Shown here: positions 1 to 13,469 of the stretch, piece by piece
How the letters are laid out: every line of letters starts with the position of its first letter
How positions within the stretch are numbered: position 1 is the stretch's first letter
Assembly: GCF_009914755.1 (NCBI RefSeq)
Contig: NC_060927.1
Strand: one strand, 5' to 3'
Origin: the human T2T-CHM13v2.0 reference genome, Homo sapiens
DNA: 64,000 bases
Position numbers and translations under genes: made by a program
Notes under the pieces: generated by a model
The model's database searches: none
The model's input: the letters and a program-made list of their open reading frames with translations, nothing else
Told to the model about the DNA's origin: nothing

Positions 1-230
1 CTTATTTTGTGCCACACACTCTTACGGACATAGGAGGCACAGAAGGAAACAAAAACAACAAAAATCCTGTATTACATGGAGGCTACAGACTATTGAAGGG
101 AACATATAATAAGATAAATAATAGGTAATATGTATTTACATTATGTTATCTGGTGATCTGCTATATGGAGGGAAAAAAAACAAGAAAGAGGAATAAGGTA
201 ATTTGATGGGAATTTCAATACTAAATTTAG

Positions 231-581
231 TGTCTTTGTCCTATTTGTGCTGCTATAACAAAATTTAAACTGAGTGGCTTATAAACAACGGAAGTTTATT
301 TCTCACAGTTCTGGAGGCTGGCAAGTCCAAGATCAAGTTCCAGTCTCTGGTGAGGGCCTGCTTTCTGGTGCATAGATAGCACCATCTTCTTGTGTAGAGA
401 GGTAGAGAGAACAGAGTTTTTTAGGGTCTATTAGGGCATGAATTCCATTCACGAAAGCTCTGATCTTATGACTGAATCCTAGCTCCAAAAGTCATCCTTT
501 CCTTATTCCATCACCTTGGGAGTTAGGGTTTCCACATATGAAATTTGGAGGAAGGGGGACACAAACATTCAGACTATAACA
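231..581 (-). mobile_element. MaLR solo LTR (MLT1A/B- or MST-like)
   Basis: tgtctttgtc...tgctataacaaaa...tctcacagttctggaggctggcaagtccaagatcaag...aaacattcagactataaca; TG...CA ends. Confidence 0.85.
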
Positions 582-1028
582 ATCAGGGTGGTCAGATGAG
601 TCTTAAAGGAAGTGAGAAAGCCGATTTTGTGGATTATCAGGGGTGAAAGCACCACAAAATGAAGTACACACACTCTGAGGTGCGAATATAGCTTCTGTCA
701 TCTAGGAACAGCATCAAGGCCAATGTGTCTGAAGCAGAGTGAGCTAGGGGGACAGCAGTGTGACATGAGGTCACAGAAGTGATGGGAAGAAAGAGGCAAA
801 TTGTGCCCAGTGCAGTGGATCACTATAAGAATATTGGGGTTTTCAGTGAGCAGGACAGGAGGTCATTGAAAGTGTCTGAGCATAAGCTAGTTTTTGGCAG
901 GATCACTCTGGCTGTTGCGTTGAGAATAGACTATAGAAGGTAACCAGAAAGGTCAGTTAGGAGTCTCAAAAATCCAGGTGAGAAATACTTGTGGCTTGAA
1001 GTATGGTGTTAGGAGTATAGGTAGTGAG

Positions 1029-1118
1029 AAATGCTTTTCAGTCTATTTCCAATTACATATCAGGAATTTGTAATTTGTAATTCCTGATATGTAACTGGAA
1101 ATAGACCTAAAAGCATTT
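1029..1118. repeat. Inverted repeat, 40-bp arms (37/40 paired), 10-nt loop
   Basis: 1029-1068 aaatgcttttcagtctatttccaattacatatcaggaatt versus reverse complement of 1079-1118 aaatgcttttaggtctatttccagttacatatcaggaatt. Confidence 0.95.
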
Positions 1119-3041
1119 GTTAACTGTTAGATGTAGGATTTGAGAGAAAGATAAGAGTTAAGAATGACTTTCTGGTTTATGGCTTGAGAAAGGATGAAGT
1201 TGACATAAAATGGAGTGGGAAAATTTCAGGAGGAGAAATTCAAGAAGGAAAATCAGGAAATTCTGTTTTAAACATGTTAAATTGGAGATGACTGTTATGC
1301 ATGCAACTGGAGATGTGGAGTGAGCAGTTGTGTACATCCCCTGGAGGTCAGGGGGTAGGTATAGGCTGCAGATACAAATTTTTGATAAAAAAGTTATATA
1401 ATCTTAAACATATTAGCTTATATTTTAATCAGTGGATATTTGTTGATGGTGATAGTAATAAGAGAAATTCAATGTAACAAATATTTATTTGTCAGGTGCT
1501 AAGATATAATGATTAATAAGACACATATGGTTCTTGGCCTCATCCAAATTAAAATATATGGGGGTGGATAGAATATTTTGCATTTTTTATAATTTATATT
1601 TCTTTTAATAAGATAAAGCATTCAAAGCTAATAATATCATAAATTAATAAAAAATAACTTAAAAGAAAATTTAATATAATATGTCCTGATATATTACCAA
1701 AAACATGTATTCACCTTCATCACTTACCTCATATTGACATCCCTTCCATCCTTTCATTCAATCTACTCCATGCTACACAATTGCAATAATTTTTATTAAT
1801 AAATATCGTGAATAAAAAATTATTTATGTAAGTTATTCTTGCTTCTCAGAGCTATTTTCACTAAGGTCAGATAAATCACTTTGATCATAATTCTGTGTAT
1901 TTTATTCTCAAAACTTTCTTTAGCTAATGATGTCTCATGTTACATCAATGAATTCACTTTCACCATTTTACTTAGCAGTATGACACTGACCATTTTGGTC
2001 CTCTCAATTAGGATATTTCTTATTCTCCTTTTAATTACTTCACTGCTATTTATTTCTGAGTGCTTATCAAGAAAATATAATTTTATAATAACTTAATAAG
2101 AGGAGTAGAATCTCTCTAACTAGATGATTCTAAGCAGTTTGGTATCCTTTATGTTGTATACTTTTCATAGACAATTGAAATGAAAATCTTAGGAAAAGTT
2201 TTTGAATTACAAGAATTGAATTATATTTCCAGAATATTTCTGAGCTTGTGCCAACGTAGTCTACATTGTGAGCAATGGTGACAATATTAGTTCCCCAAAT
2301 GAAAACAACATAAATTTATATTAATGTTTATTTTATCCAGGGTAATCATAGTAACACATTTTTTGGCATTATTAATTTTAATTAACCTGTTAATTGCCAC
2401 ATATAAATGATACCAAATTTTTTCTTTCTATAAAATGCATATGAGCCAAACTACTCTTACTAGATTATTTTGACTATAAGATGAAATGTATAGTTAACAT
2501 GGAGTGACATGTTTAGTAACCCAGGTAAGGTATCAGAATGGCTTGGTCCATAGTGAAAGCAGCAGAGGCAGTGATAGGTGGTGAATTTGAATGTTGATTA
2601 TACAGTTGCTAGTATTGGATGATGTCTTTTCTAGTGATTGAAAAAATGGAGGCATAAGAACAACTCAAATTTTTTTTTACCTGAAAGACTAGATGACAGA
2701 GTTATTCACTGAGATGTGGAAGACTGAAAGAGCTGGTTAGGAGAGGAAATGTTATCAAGAACTCTGCTTCAGACATGCTAATTCTGAACTGCTTATTAGG
2801 TATTCAGTAGAGGTGTCAAGTCAGTTAAATGTATGGGTAATGGGTTGAGAAATAGGTATAGTCTGGAGACATAAATATAGGCATTGTCAGCATATTGATG
2901 GCCTTGAATGACTAAGATAAGATGAAAGCATTTTATAAGCAGGTGATAGGCATGAATAGGGGAGTAGAGTGAATTCTGTTTAACTCACATGTGGTCTTTG
3001 TAAGTGAGGAGATGAGGAAGTTGAAAGGGAATGTAAGGGAT

Positions 3042-3499
3042 TGCTATGGTTGGAATGTCCCCTCCAAAATCATGTGGTTATTTAATTGCCAATGTCATTG
3101 CATTGGGAGATAAGGCCTTTAAGAGGTGATTGCCAGTGTCACTGCATTGGGAGATGAGGCCTTTAAGAGGTGACTGCCAATGTAATTGCATTGGGAGATG
3201 AGGCCTTTAAGAGGTGATTAAGTCATGAGGGCTCTGCCCTCTTGAATGGATTAATGCCCTTATTACAGGAGTGGGTTAATTACTGCAGGAGTTTGGTTCT
3301 CTTTTTCTCTCTGTCTCACACACTTGCTTGTCCTTCTGCTCTTCTGCCCCAGGATAATGCAGCACAAGGCCTTCAGCAGACACTAGCACTTTGATGTTAG
3401 ACTTCTCAGTATCCAGTACCATGAGCCAAATACATCATTTTCTCTATAAATTACCCAGCCTGCAGTATTCTGTTATAGTAGCGAAAAATGATTGAAACA
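3042..3499 (+). mobile_element. MaLR solo LTR (MST/MLT1A-like) with internal 44-bp triplication
   Basis: Starts tgctatggttggaatgtcccctccaaa; ends ...tataaattacccagcctgcagtattctgttatagtagc...aaaca. Confidence 0.85.
3086..3217 (+). repeat. Tandem repeat, 3 x 44 bp
   Basis: Units 3086-3129, 3130-3173, 3174-3217; consensus ttgccaatgtcattgcattgggagatgaggcctttaagaggtga. Confidence 0.95.
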
Positions 3500-3889
3500 G
3501 AAAGTGATCTTGGTCACAAATGTGCCACCAAAAACCCCTAAACAGCACTTGATAATACATATTTGCTCAATGGATCATGAAATCTAAGCCAAATAAAATC
3601 AGAAAAGAGGACTTGTGAGGCTTGAATGACAATGAAAGTGTAGTAGCATCTAAGAATGAAATGTTCTGGTTGCATTTGAGTCCCAGAGAGAGTGGACTGG
3701 AGACGTGGGAGTTGGTGGTCAGCAAGTAGCATGTGTGGAATATGGAAGGGCTGCGTGTATTGGTTATGAAAACGTGAAGAGCACACCCACAGAGTGACTG
3801 AGAAAGGGTAGAGACTGGGATCTTAGGACGAGAGTCCAGGAACTAGGAGAATGATGGGAATGATCATCTGCATGAAAAGTAAAACCACC

Positions 3890-4200
3890 AGTTCCTTTTT
3901 CTTCCAAGTTTTATAAGAGTTTTATCATGATTGTTATTAATTTTATAAAATACTTTTATGCCTTCTTTAAGATAGTTATAAGCTTTTCCTCCTTCATTTT
4001 GTTAGTATGTCAAAATGCATTGATTACTTTTTCTGTAATTATAAACACCTTGCATTACTGGACTAAACCCAAATCAGCAGGAATGAATTACTTTTTATTT
4101 ACATCAACGGATTCAGTTTGCTAAATATTTTGATTAGTATTCTTTGCATTTATCTTTATGAGGAATTTGCCTGTAACTTTCCCTTCTTAAGTATTTCTTC
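3890..4200 (-). mobile_element. Old L1 (L1M) ORF2 fragment
   Basis: ggattcagtttgctaaatattttgattagtattctttgcattt resembles the antisense L1 RT segment also seen at ~58340-58400. Confidence 0.65.
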
Positions 4201-5759
4201 AGTTTTGGGAAATTTACAGCAATTATTTATTGAAATGATACTACTACACCATTCCATTATGCTGGATTTACTCTTATCTATATGTACTGGAGGCTGTCAG
4301 CTTAGCCTCTGGTTGCTCAACTATTGTCCTATTTGTAACATATCTTTGTCTTTTTGAGTGATTTGCTAGTAAATTCCTCAACAACAGCAACAAATTTAGT
4401 AATTCCAAGTACAGTTCAAGTGACTGTACTTTCTAATACTATTTAAAATTACTTCTTTACATATTGACCTTTTTAAATTTGTTTTATAATTTCTTACTTT
4501 ATGTCAATGGAAATTATTCCTTCGTTTATCACTGGAAGCATCTTAAACACACTTTAGATTATTTATGTAACTGATACAAAATATTATTTTTTATGCAATT
4601 TTCTTTGAATATTCCTTGGAAGCTAGAATTTTCTTCTTTTTGCTATCTTTTTTCTAGCCTTTCTCCTTTTTATTCCAACTCTCACTTCCCATCTCTGTAT
4701 TCACTCTTCCAGTCTTGAGGTTGAACATTATCTTAATCTCTCTAGTCACTTAACTCCCTGGGCTCCCAGCCCAGAACCACTTTTTAAATCAAGACATTTT
4801 AGGCAGGGCACTGTGATCCAGTTAGAGAGGCAGTTTGGTCAGTTCTTGTTTATAAGGCTGTGTCTGTGTTCTCACTGCTACAGGCCTGCAAGCTGTTTGA
4901 AGCCACAGCCCAGGTGGTGTGAATTTTTATTCTTAGCTTACTTCAAAGAACTGGAGAGGCTTACTCCAGGCCCTGGCTTCAAGAACTTTCTATGCCTGCT
5001 CCTGTCTCTGTCTGGGAGCACTGAAGTCTCTTTCACTCCCTCGGAACAAACTTAAGACCTGCAACTAAGCAGACCTGTAGTTTTCATTGTATTTGCTTCT
5101 TCTCTGCTTACTTTATTTATTTAAAAGATTGGTCCTCCAAATAAAATGTGTGTATGTTGCTTTTTCCTTCATATTTTTATTATTATATGTTTGCAAAGAA
5201 AGCATGGAGCAAAAATATGAACTCCTGCACCCACTTATGAGGAAATCCTGATACATCTGAATCAGTTTTTCTTGATGGAATGAGTGTTTATTAGTAAAAT
5301 ACGAAACGGAATAAAAACAAATAAATACTTAGTGCACTGCACTGACATTTTCAGGAGAAACATTTTTGAAAATTTTACATGTGGAAAAAAAGTTTATTTC
5401 TGCAAATGATAATATGACTGTAAAATTTTTGAAAAGCTTATAACCATCTCTGTATTTTTATGAGCCTAAACTGTGATTGAAGCTGTGTTAAGTCACAGCT
5501 GGTAGTTAAGCTGTGAGAGGGACGCAGATAAATGCACGATACTACTTTTACGGAACTTAAACTACAATAGATACAATATTATCACAGAAAACTATAATAA
5601 ATCATAGACATGGATAAACCTGAAATGAGATCTATATTTAAAGAATTTCAAGAAATACGACATTTCAGTGAGAGTGGAAAGCAACATTTTCGTGCAAAAC
5701 TATGAGATAGATAGCCTTTCAAAATAAATAGAATTTTGGAACTGGGAGGTTTGTAGCTA

Positions 5760-5930
<171 letters not shown>

Positions 5931-8900
5931 AGAAGAAAAACCCCGAAGTGGACAAATTTTGCTTGCCTACCAGTAATTACTAACATTTTACTAAGAAAGG
6001 TAAAATAAGTGTAGGTGGCAAGAGATCAGCATATATTTGTGCATGCTGAAATGCTATTAGCTTTTCTGGACCTACCCACCCTGTTAACTGAGTCCATCTT
6101 TTCTTTTATTGGAGCTAATTTTTGACATTTAAAATCCTTCTGCAGGTTTCAGTCACTCACTGGCCTAACTCCATATTCAAAGTTTCTAGAACAGTTTTCT
6201 TGATTCATTGGAGTCTTATTTAATTACATTCCTTCCATAGCCCTGATTTGTGAATTTTATGCCATATTATTATTCACTTGTTTTCATGTTGTTTTGCAAT
6301 TATCACCTACGTATTTTATATCTGTACGTTTAGTCTCCTTCAAATAAATTGCAAGCTCTTAAAAATCAGTACAGGCACTTTGTACTTCTTTGGAACTTCC
6401 TCTATACATATTCAGTGTTTTGAAGGAATGTTTTAATTAATAATTTATGTATTTGAAAAAAATATATATTATAAAAAAGAATTCAATTTTACGTGTTCTT
6501 CTGGTTTTTTTCTCCATTTATCCCCATTATTCTCTTTCTACTTTCACCATGACTGCCCTACTCTCTCTCTATCTGAACACATAAATATTTATTGTACATA
6601 TACATACACACATACGCAAACACACATATAACACATACACACATGCACAAACGTGCATTCATGCTATACAGATAGTATATTAAGAAGTAGTCATTTCTTA
6701 TAGGTTCAAGTGTGTGCAATTTTTTAACAGGATAAGTTCTAGTAGAATGAATAACAGCATGAATTTCACAAATTATGAAAAAAGTAGTCATTTCTAAGAG
6801 GGATAATATATAACATTTAGTATAATCATACTATAAATTCCCTTATTATTATTTTTAGGCAAAGACAACATCTTAGAAAGTTAGAGAAGTAAAGCATCTT
6901 TAAAACCCTCAAGATAGTACTTTTATGTATGTGTAAAACGTAACAACTGTATGTCTAAGACAGTGTCTATGTCTACTTGCCGTCAATCACCTTCCTTCTT
7001 TTATTAGTTTGAGATAGAAGATAAACAACAAGACTGACAGTTTTGTGTCCTTTGCTGTTTTGTGTCACCATCACAGACAAAACAGTATTATGTCATCACT
7101 CAAGTCTGTCACATTTATTGTGTGCTCCTATATGTCTTAAAGACTGTTTTCTTCCTAATCCTCAAAAATAAATATATAAAGAATATATTGATTGTATATT
7201 ATTTTATCGTGGAAATATTTCCCATAATATTATGACCTCTACCACAGATGAGAACATTTATGCTGTTGCCAGTCTCAAAAGTAAATGTATTTTGTTTGAA
7301 AGGAATGTTTCTTAGATAAACAATAAATATTTTAAAAAGAATTTATTTTTCAAAATATGGAGAAGCTGTAATGAATATCTACATCTGTGTAATATGTAAA
7401 TCAAGCATAGTGAATGTTATTATTTTATCATAAGAACTTAAGAAGCATTTAGTGCTACAAGAAGAAATACTTTGAAAATTTTTAAATTATGCTTATTTTA
7501 TGGGCCGTTTAAATAGCATTGTACACTTCTTCAGAAAATTGGTATCTGATCTTGAATAGTGATAAAAACAGTGAATCGGCAAGTATAAGAAGACCTTCAC
7601 GTGATTGATATAATCACCACTTCCTTTTCCTTTTTCTTGTATTTTCTGGAGCCTCATCTATTTCCACCTTGCCTTACTTTCACATTTTAAAATGAGATCT
7701 TAGGCCACGTTTCTTGCTAAAACACAGTCTAAACAAGTGAATCAGCTCTACAGCTTCAAATAGTCAATTTCAATAGTACCTTATTATTAAGGTACCAACA
7801 ATATAATTTGTGATTTTTATTTTATATCTTCTCAGTGTAACATTTTAAAAATAGATAGATGTAATTAACTTAGCTGATAAAAATTTAAAAATTCAGAAAA
7901 GCTCAAAGAAGCAATAAAAGAGTCCCAAATTTCATCAATCCGTTAGATACATTTTCTATTTTATTATAGAATAGATACCATATTGAACATTTTATTTTAC
8001 ATCCTTCTGTTCTATTTTCAATTAAAGTTGTATTATTTTCCTATTATAAAAGTTTTCAGGCTTATAATATGAAAGCTTTCTAATGTTCCATTAAAATTAT
8101 AATGTTGGATATTTATTTATACTTTTGCATTATTATAAATCTATGATGACAGTTTTCTTCATACAAATTTTGGTTAAAACAGAAACGACTTTCACTAGAA
8201 TGATGAGAGCACATCAATTCTTACCTATAATTGACAGCCTGTTATCTTGATTGCCTAATGAATTTCTTAGGTAAATAGGTAATATTTTTCTGAGGCCTTG
8301 AATGTCTAACGATTTTCTATTGCAATATCATGTGGAAGATAAATTGGTTGGTTATGAAATTTTTGTCCTCAAAGTTGTGATGAAATTACTCCTTTGTTTT
8401 TGAGATTTAATAACTATTCTAATGAAAACACAAGTGACTTTTAGCCATAGAAATTATGCTACTAATATGCCTTCAATTCTGTTGTCATAGTGTTATTTTT
8501 CTCAATAATTTGTGTTTGTGTGTAATCTTTCCCTTCTCTTGTATGTACTACCTTATCTTCTGCTTTCTGAGCTATCTCAAGTTGGTTAACGAAATCATTG
8601 TTTCCATTTTGCACTGCATTTACATAGCTTTGACTGCTTTGAGTTTGGACTTGAATTCTTTTGCACCTTTATCTTCATCTCCATTTTTAATTGGATCGTT
8701 TATTGTAATATTTCAGATTAATTTTTCTATGTGTCTTTCTGCTTTTTTATTGGAGTTTATATCTTCTTACAGCATATTGAGGATTTAAACATTTTTATTA
8801 TATTTTTCTGTTTTTTTGTAGCAAATTCTATAGTAATATTTTAAGAATGATATCCCTTTTATGATAAATTGTATTTTTCATGCTTCCCATTTACTTTTTA

Positions 8901-9425
8901 TTTAATTCATTTTTGTCTGTTATGGTAATGCTAACCTCACTAGTTCAGCTAACTCGACAGAAGCTCTACTAACTTCTTAAAGCTCGGCAATGAAGTGAAA
9001 TATGTCACTTTACTCACTTTTTTTTGGCTGAATCTGGTCACATGACAGCCCTTCACTAAGCAATTACTTACTGAATTTAAATATGGAATAAAACTTTTTT
9101 TTTTAGAAAAGTAGTCAGCTTCGTTCCATTCATTTTTAGCAGGAAGGTATTTTTTCAGATACGATGTGTGATGACAGGAGACATTAATATTACCCTCAAA
9201 TTCCCTTTTGTTTTACAATTAAATGGTTTATAAATGTATTAGTTCTTAGCCCAATCCCTAATTTCTAGGTGAATTAATCACAGGTGGTCCCATAGATCTC
9301 ATATGGGATTTCAACTTTCCTAATTTTTGTGGGGTCTCAGATACTTCTAACAGAGCTCTGTACAACCACCATGCTCGTGATTCATTGCTGTTAAAGTTCT
9401 TGTTTCCTTTATCTGCCTACATTTT

Positions 9426-9736
9426 TTATATTGTTATTATTATTATTATTTTGAGATGGAGTCTCACTCTGTCTATCAGGCTGGAGTGCAGTGGCGCGAT
9501 CTCGGCTCACGGCAAGCTCTGCATCCTGGGTTCACGCCATTCTCTTCCCTCAGCCTCCCAAGTAGCTGGGACTACAGGTGCCCGCCACCACGGGGCCTGG
9601 CTAATTTTTTGTATTTTTAGTAGAGACGGAGTTTCACCATGTTAGCCAGGACGGTATTGATCTCCTGACCTCGTGATCCTCCCGCCTTGGCCTCCCAAAG
9701 TGCTGGGATTACAGGCGTGAGCCACCGCGCCCTGCC
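9426..9736 (-). mobile_element. AluY
   Basis: Full antisense Alu with Y diagnostics (gcaagctc, gttcacgccattctc); TSD tatctgccta(c/g)atttt at 9410-9425 and 9738-9753. Confidence 0.9.
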
Positions 9737-10023
9737 CTATCTGCCTAGATTTTAGTTGTGAGTTCTGAACCTTCTCGAATATAATCTACCACTGCCAATC
9801 CCAATGTGTATGGCAGGAGATTACTTTTATACTGTTAACTTCTTACTATAACATAAGATCTCCTGGGCTCATTAGAAACAATTCTGATCACTTCAAAATG
9901 CAGCACTGACTTGGTATTTTCTGCTTGGTAAAATTCCTTATATATCTTGAATAGGTAGATGCATAGACAAAGATTCATTTAGCTTGTTTGGGCTAACTAA
10001 CTTTTTGTTGTTGTTGATGATGA

Positions 10024-11100
10024 TTTTTTTTTTTTAACTTTTACTTTAGGTTCAGGGTACATGTGCAGATTTGTTATATGGGTATACTTGTGTCATGGAG
10101 ATTTGTTGTACTAATTATTTTGCCACCAAAGTCTTGAGCCTAGCACCCACTAATTATTTTTTCCTGATTTCTCCTTCCTCCCATCCTCCATCCTCAGGTA
10201 GGCCCTAGTGTCTGTTCCCTTCTTTGTGTCTGTGTGTTCTCATCATTTAGCTCCCATTTATAAGTGAGAAAATGCTGTATTTTGTTTTCTGTCCTGTACT
10301 AGTTTGCTAAGGATGATAGCCTTCAACTCCATCCATGATCCTGCAAAGGACATGATCTTCTTTTGTATGGCTGTGTAATATTCCATAGTATATATGTACC
10401 ACATTTTCTTTATCCATTCTACCAATGATGGACATTTAGGTTAATTCCATGTCTTTGCTATTGTGAATAGTGCTACAATGAACAAAATGTATGCATATGT
10501 CTTTATGGTAGAATGATTTCTATTCCTTTGGGTATATAGCCCATAATGGGATTGCTGGGTTGAATGATAGTTCTGTTTTTAGCTCTTTGAGGAATCCTCA
10601 CATTGCTTTGCACAATGATTGAACTAATTCACACTCTCCTTCTTATACCATATACAAAAAAATCAACTCAAGATGGATTAAAGGCTTAAATGTAAAACCC
10701 AAAACTATAAAAACTCTGGAAGACAACATAGGCAATAATATTCCAGACATAGGAACTGACAGAGATTTCCTGATGAAGATGCCAAAAGCAATCACAACAA
10801 AAGCAAAAGTTGACAAATGAGATCTAATTAAACTTAAGAGCTTCTGTACAGTAAAAGAAACAACAGAGTGAACAGACAACCTACAGAATGGGATAAAATG
10901 CTTGCAAACTATGCATCTGACAAAGGTCTAATATCCAGCAACTATAAGGAACTTAAATTTACATGAATAAACAACCCCATTAAAAAGTGGGTAAAACATG
11001 AACAGACAGTTTTCAAAATAAGATATGCACATGGCCAAAACATATATTGAAAAATGCTCAACATCACTAATCATTAGAGAAATGCACATCAAAACCACTA
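10024..11100 (-). mobile_element. L1PB-like element with 5' inversion
   Basis: 10024-10640 is the antisense L1 3' end with poly(T); 10641-11098 is sense L1 ORF2 C-terminal sequence (aactcaagatggattaaa...atcaaaaccac). Confidence 0.88.
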
Positions 11101-11229
11101 AATGTTTTTTAAGTCTGGTTAGTCTATCATCAGCCTTATATTTAATAAGATACCATTCACAGTTTTTCTAACAGATTGAATATGAGGATTAGTAATTATT
11201 AGCTAGGAAGTTACTTGAATATAATATTT

Positions 11230-11475
11230 AAGAGATCTATAGGCTCTAGAGTCAGACTGCCTGAACACTCATCTGTGCTCAGGTATATATTATCTATGTA
11301 ACTTTGGGTGAGTTACTGAACCTCTCTGATGTTTAGGTTTCTCATCTTTAGAAGAGAAATAATGCTAGTGTAAGTCTCAATGAGCTATTGTGAAGATAAA
11401 AGGTAGAAAAATCTATATAAACACTTAGCAAATGTTTTGTCAGATAGCGCATACTCCATAAATTAACATTACTCT
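11230..11475 (+). mobile_element. MIR
   Basis: Core actttgggtgagttactgaacctctctg...tttctcatctttaga; followed by (CAT)n at ~11484-11503. Confidence 0.75.
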
Positions 11476-12694
11476 ATCGTTGTCATCATCATCATCATCA
11501 TCATGTGATTTTTCCTCTATGTGATGATGGTTTTCCTATATCCATCTTTGATGAGACATTAGGTTTATCTACTGCCCTTGTATTGAGCACATGGTTGGTA
11601 GGCATCCAGTTCTTTAAGAAATTTTTAAATGGCATTTTCTTTTGTCCAGTTGGAAAATTCCCCAAAATATTTGCATGGTGGTGTGGCTATTCAAAATATG
11701 TTGTGGAATATACAAACAAAATACAGTTTATTAGCCAATTATTTTCAAATCGTGTATTTTTCTTATTCTCTCCTGCATTGGAAGACTATTTTATACAATC
11801 TTTCTTTCATACTGTCCCCATTACCTCAGTGAAAGCTCCCTAAGAGAGAGCCAGCATCTTTTCTACAGTGTAAGCTGGTTGTTGGGCTGCCTATGTGACC
11901 AAGGCCAAGTCAAGCTCAAAGCCTGTAAGTCTAGATCTCAAAGATTCATATGACAGTGGTGGAGTCAGCAAGTACAGAAGACTTTGAAGCAGTACATATC
12001 ACACTATGGATTTCCCTCTTGAGAATTAGTAAGAGCAGTGTGTGTTCAGAGCTTTCTCTCTGGGTTTCAGAAGTCACCTCCACAGTATATCTCATTTCAA
12101 CCTAGCTACAAAGTAGGAATTCACAGTTACTGCTGAACCATTATATTTAATAAAACACAATGTGTTCTTTTATTGTGAATTTCACATGTGTCTAATTTGA
12201 TGTATATTTTTTCCAATGTTTTTGGTAAGTTTTGGAACATTTCTTATGTGAATTACTAAAAAAAAAAGCCTTTATTATACTCATTTATAAAAGATGTTTA
12301 TCAAATTACCTTTCATCAGTCACTTTCATTTGCCCCAGGAGTTGCAACTTCAATAATTTTAATTTTGCATTGGCTTTTTGTCCTATTCCATCTTAAACTG
12401 CCCTTCTCACTTATCTATATATTTATTCATACATACAATGTATACATATTATTGTATTTATATTTATACTTTATATAAATTTATGTTTATATTTATACAT
12501 TATATATATATAATTTAGATACATTCAGTACTATATATCACAAGATAAATATGCTTAAATTTTCCAAAATTTTATGGTTTAGTTGTGGTATTAAGTATTA
12601 AGATATGCTGTCTCTCGTTTTTACACTTCTTTTTTGTGCCTTTTGCTAAAACTTCTTATCAATTTGAATGTCATGAATTTTTTTATACATTGAC

Positions 12695-13013
12695 TGTCTT
12701 AGTCTATTGCATGTTGCTATAACAAAATACCACAGACTGGGTAATTTACAAACACTAGAAATTCACTTGGCTCATGGTTCTGGAGGCTGAAGTGTAAGAA
12801 CATGGTGCTGGCATCTGGCAAGGGTCTTTGTGCTGTATCATGGCAGAAGGTAAAAGGGCACTTCCCAAAACTTCTTTGTTAAAGTCATTAAAATGCTCCA
12901 TAAGGAAGAGCCCTCATGACTTAATCACTCTTTAAAGGGCCAACCTCTTAATACTGTTACAATGGCTATTAAATTTCAATGTGAGCTTTGGAGGAGACAT
13001 TCAAACCATAGCA
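12695..13013 (-). mobile_element. MaLR solo LTR (MST/MLT1A-like)
   Basis: tgtcttagtct...tgctataacaaaataccacagactgggtaattt...cattcaaaccatagca; 5-bp flanks ttgac/ttaac. Confidence 0.85.
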
Positions 13014-13160
13014 TTAACAAAACTACTAAATGTTAACATGTAACTTAGTATAAATAGAATTGTTAAAAACCAATTCAGATCACTCTGTGATAAAGAAAAA
13101 TAAATCATTTAAAGAAAGAAAATTCAACATCATAGAAAATACTTCAAAAAGTAGGATGTC

Positions 13161-13469
<309 letters not shown>

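Larger units (their letters stand above)
1..1380 (-). mobile_element. L2 LINE fragment, interrupted by a MaLR LTR at 231-581
   Basis: Degenerate antisense L2 3' motifs (ggccaatgtgtctgaagcagagtgag; gatcactctggctgttgcgttgagaatagact; ttctgttttaaacatgttaaattggagatg). Confidence 0.7.
2500..3880 (-). mobile_element. L2 LINE fragments, interrupted by the LTR at 3042-3499
   Basis: Degenerate purine-rich antisense L2 sequence (atcaagaactctgcttcagacatgctaattctgaactgcttattagg; gtctggagacataaat). Confidence 0.55.

Noticed and set aside
3086-3217. CRISPR-like array
   Set aside because: Repeats are contiguous with no spacers and lie in a mammalian LTR.
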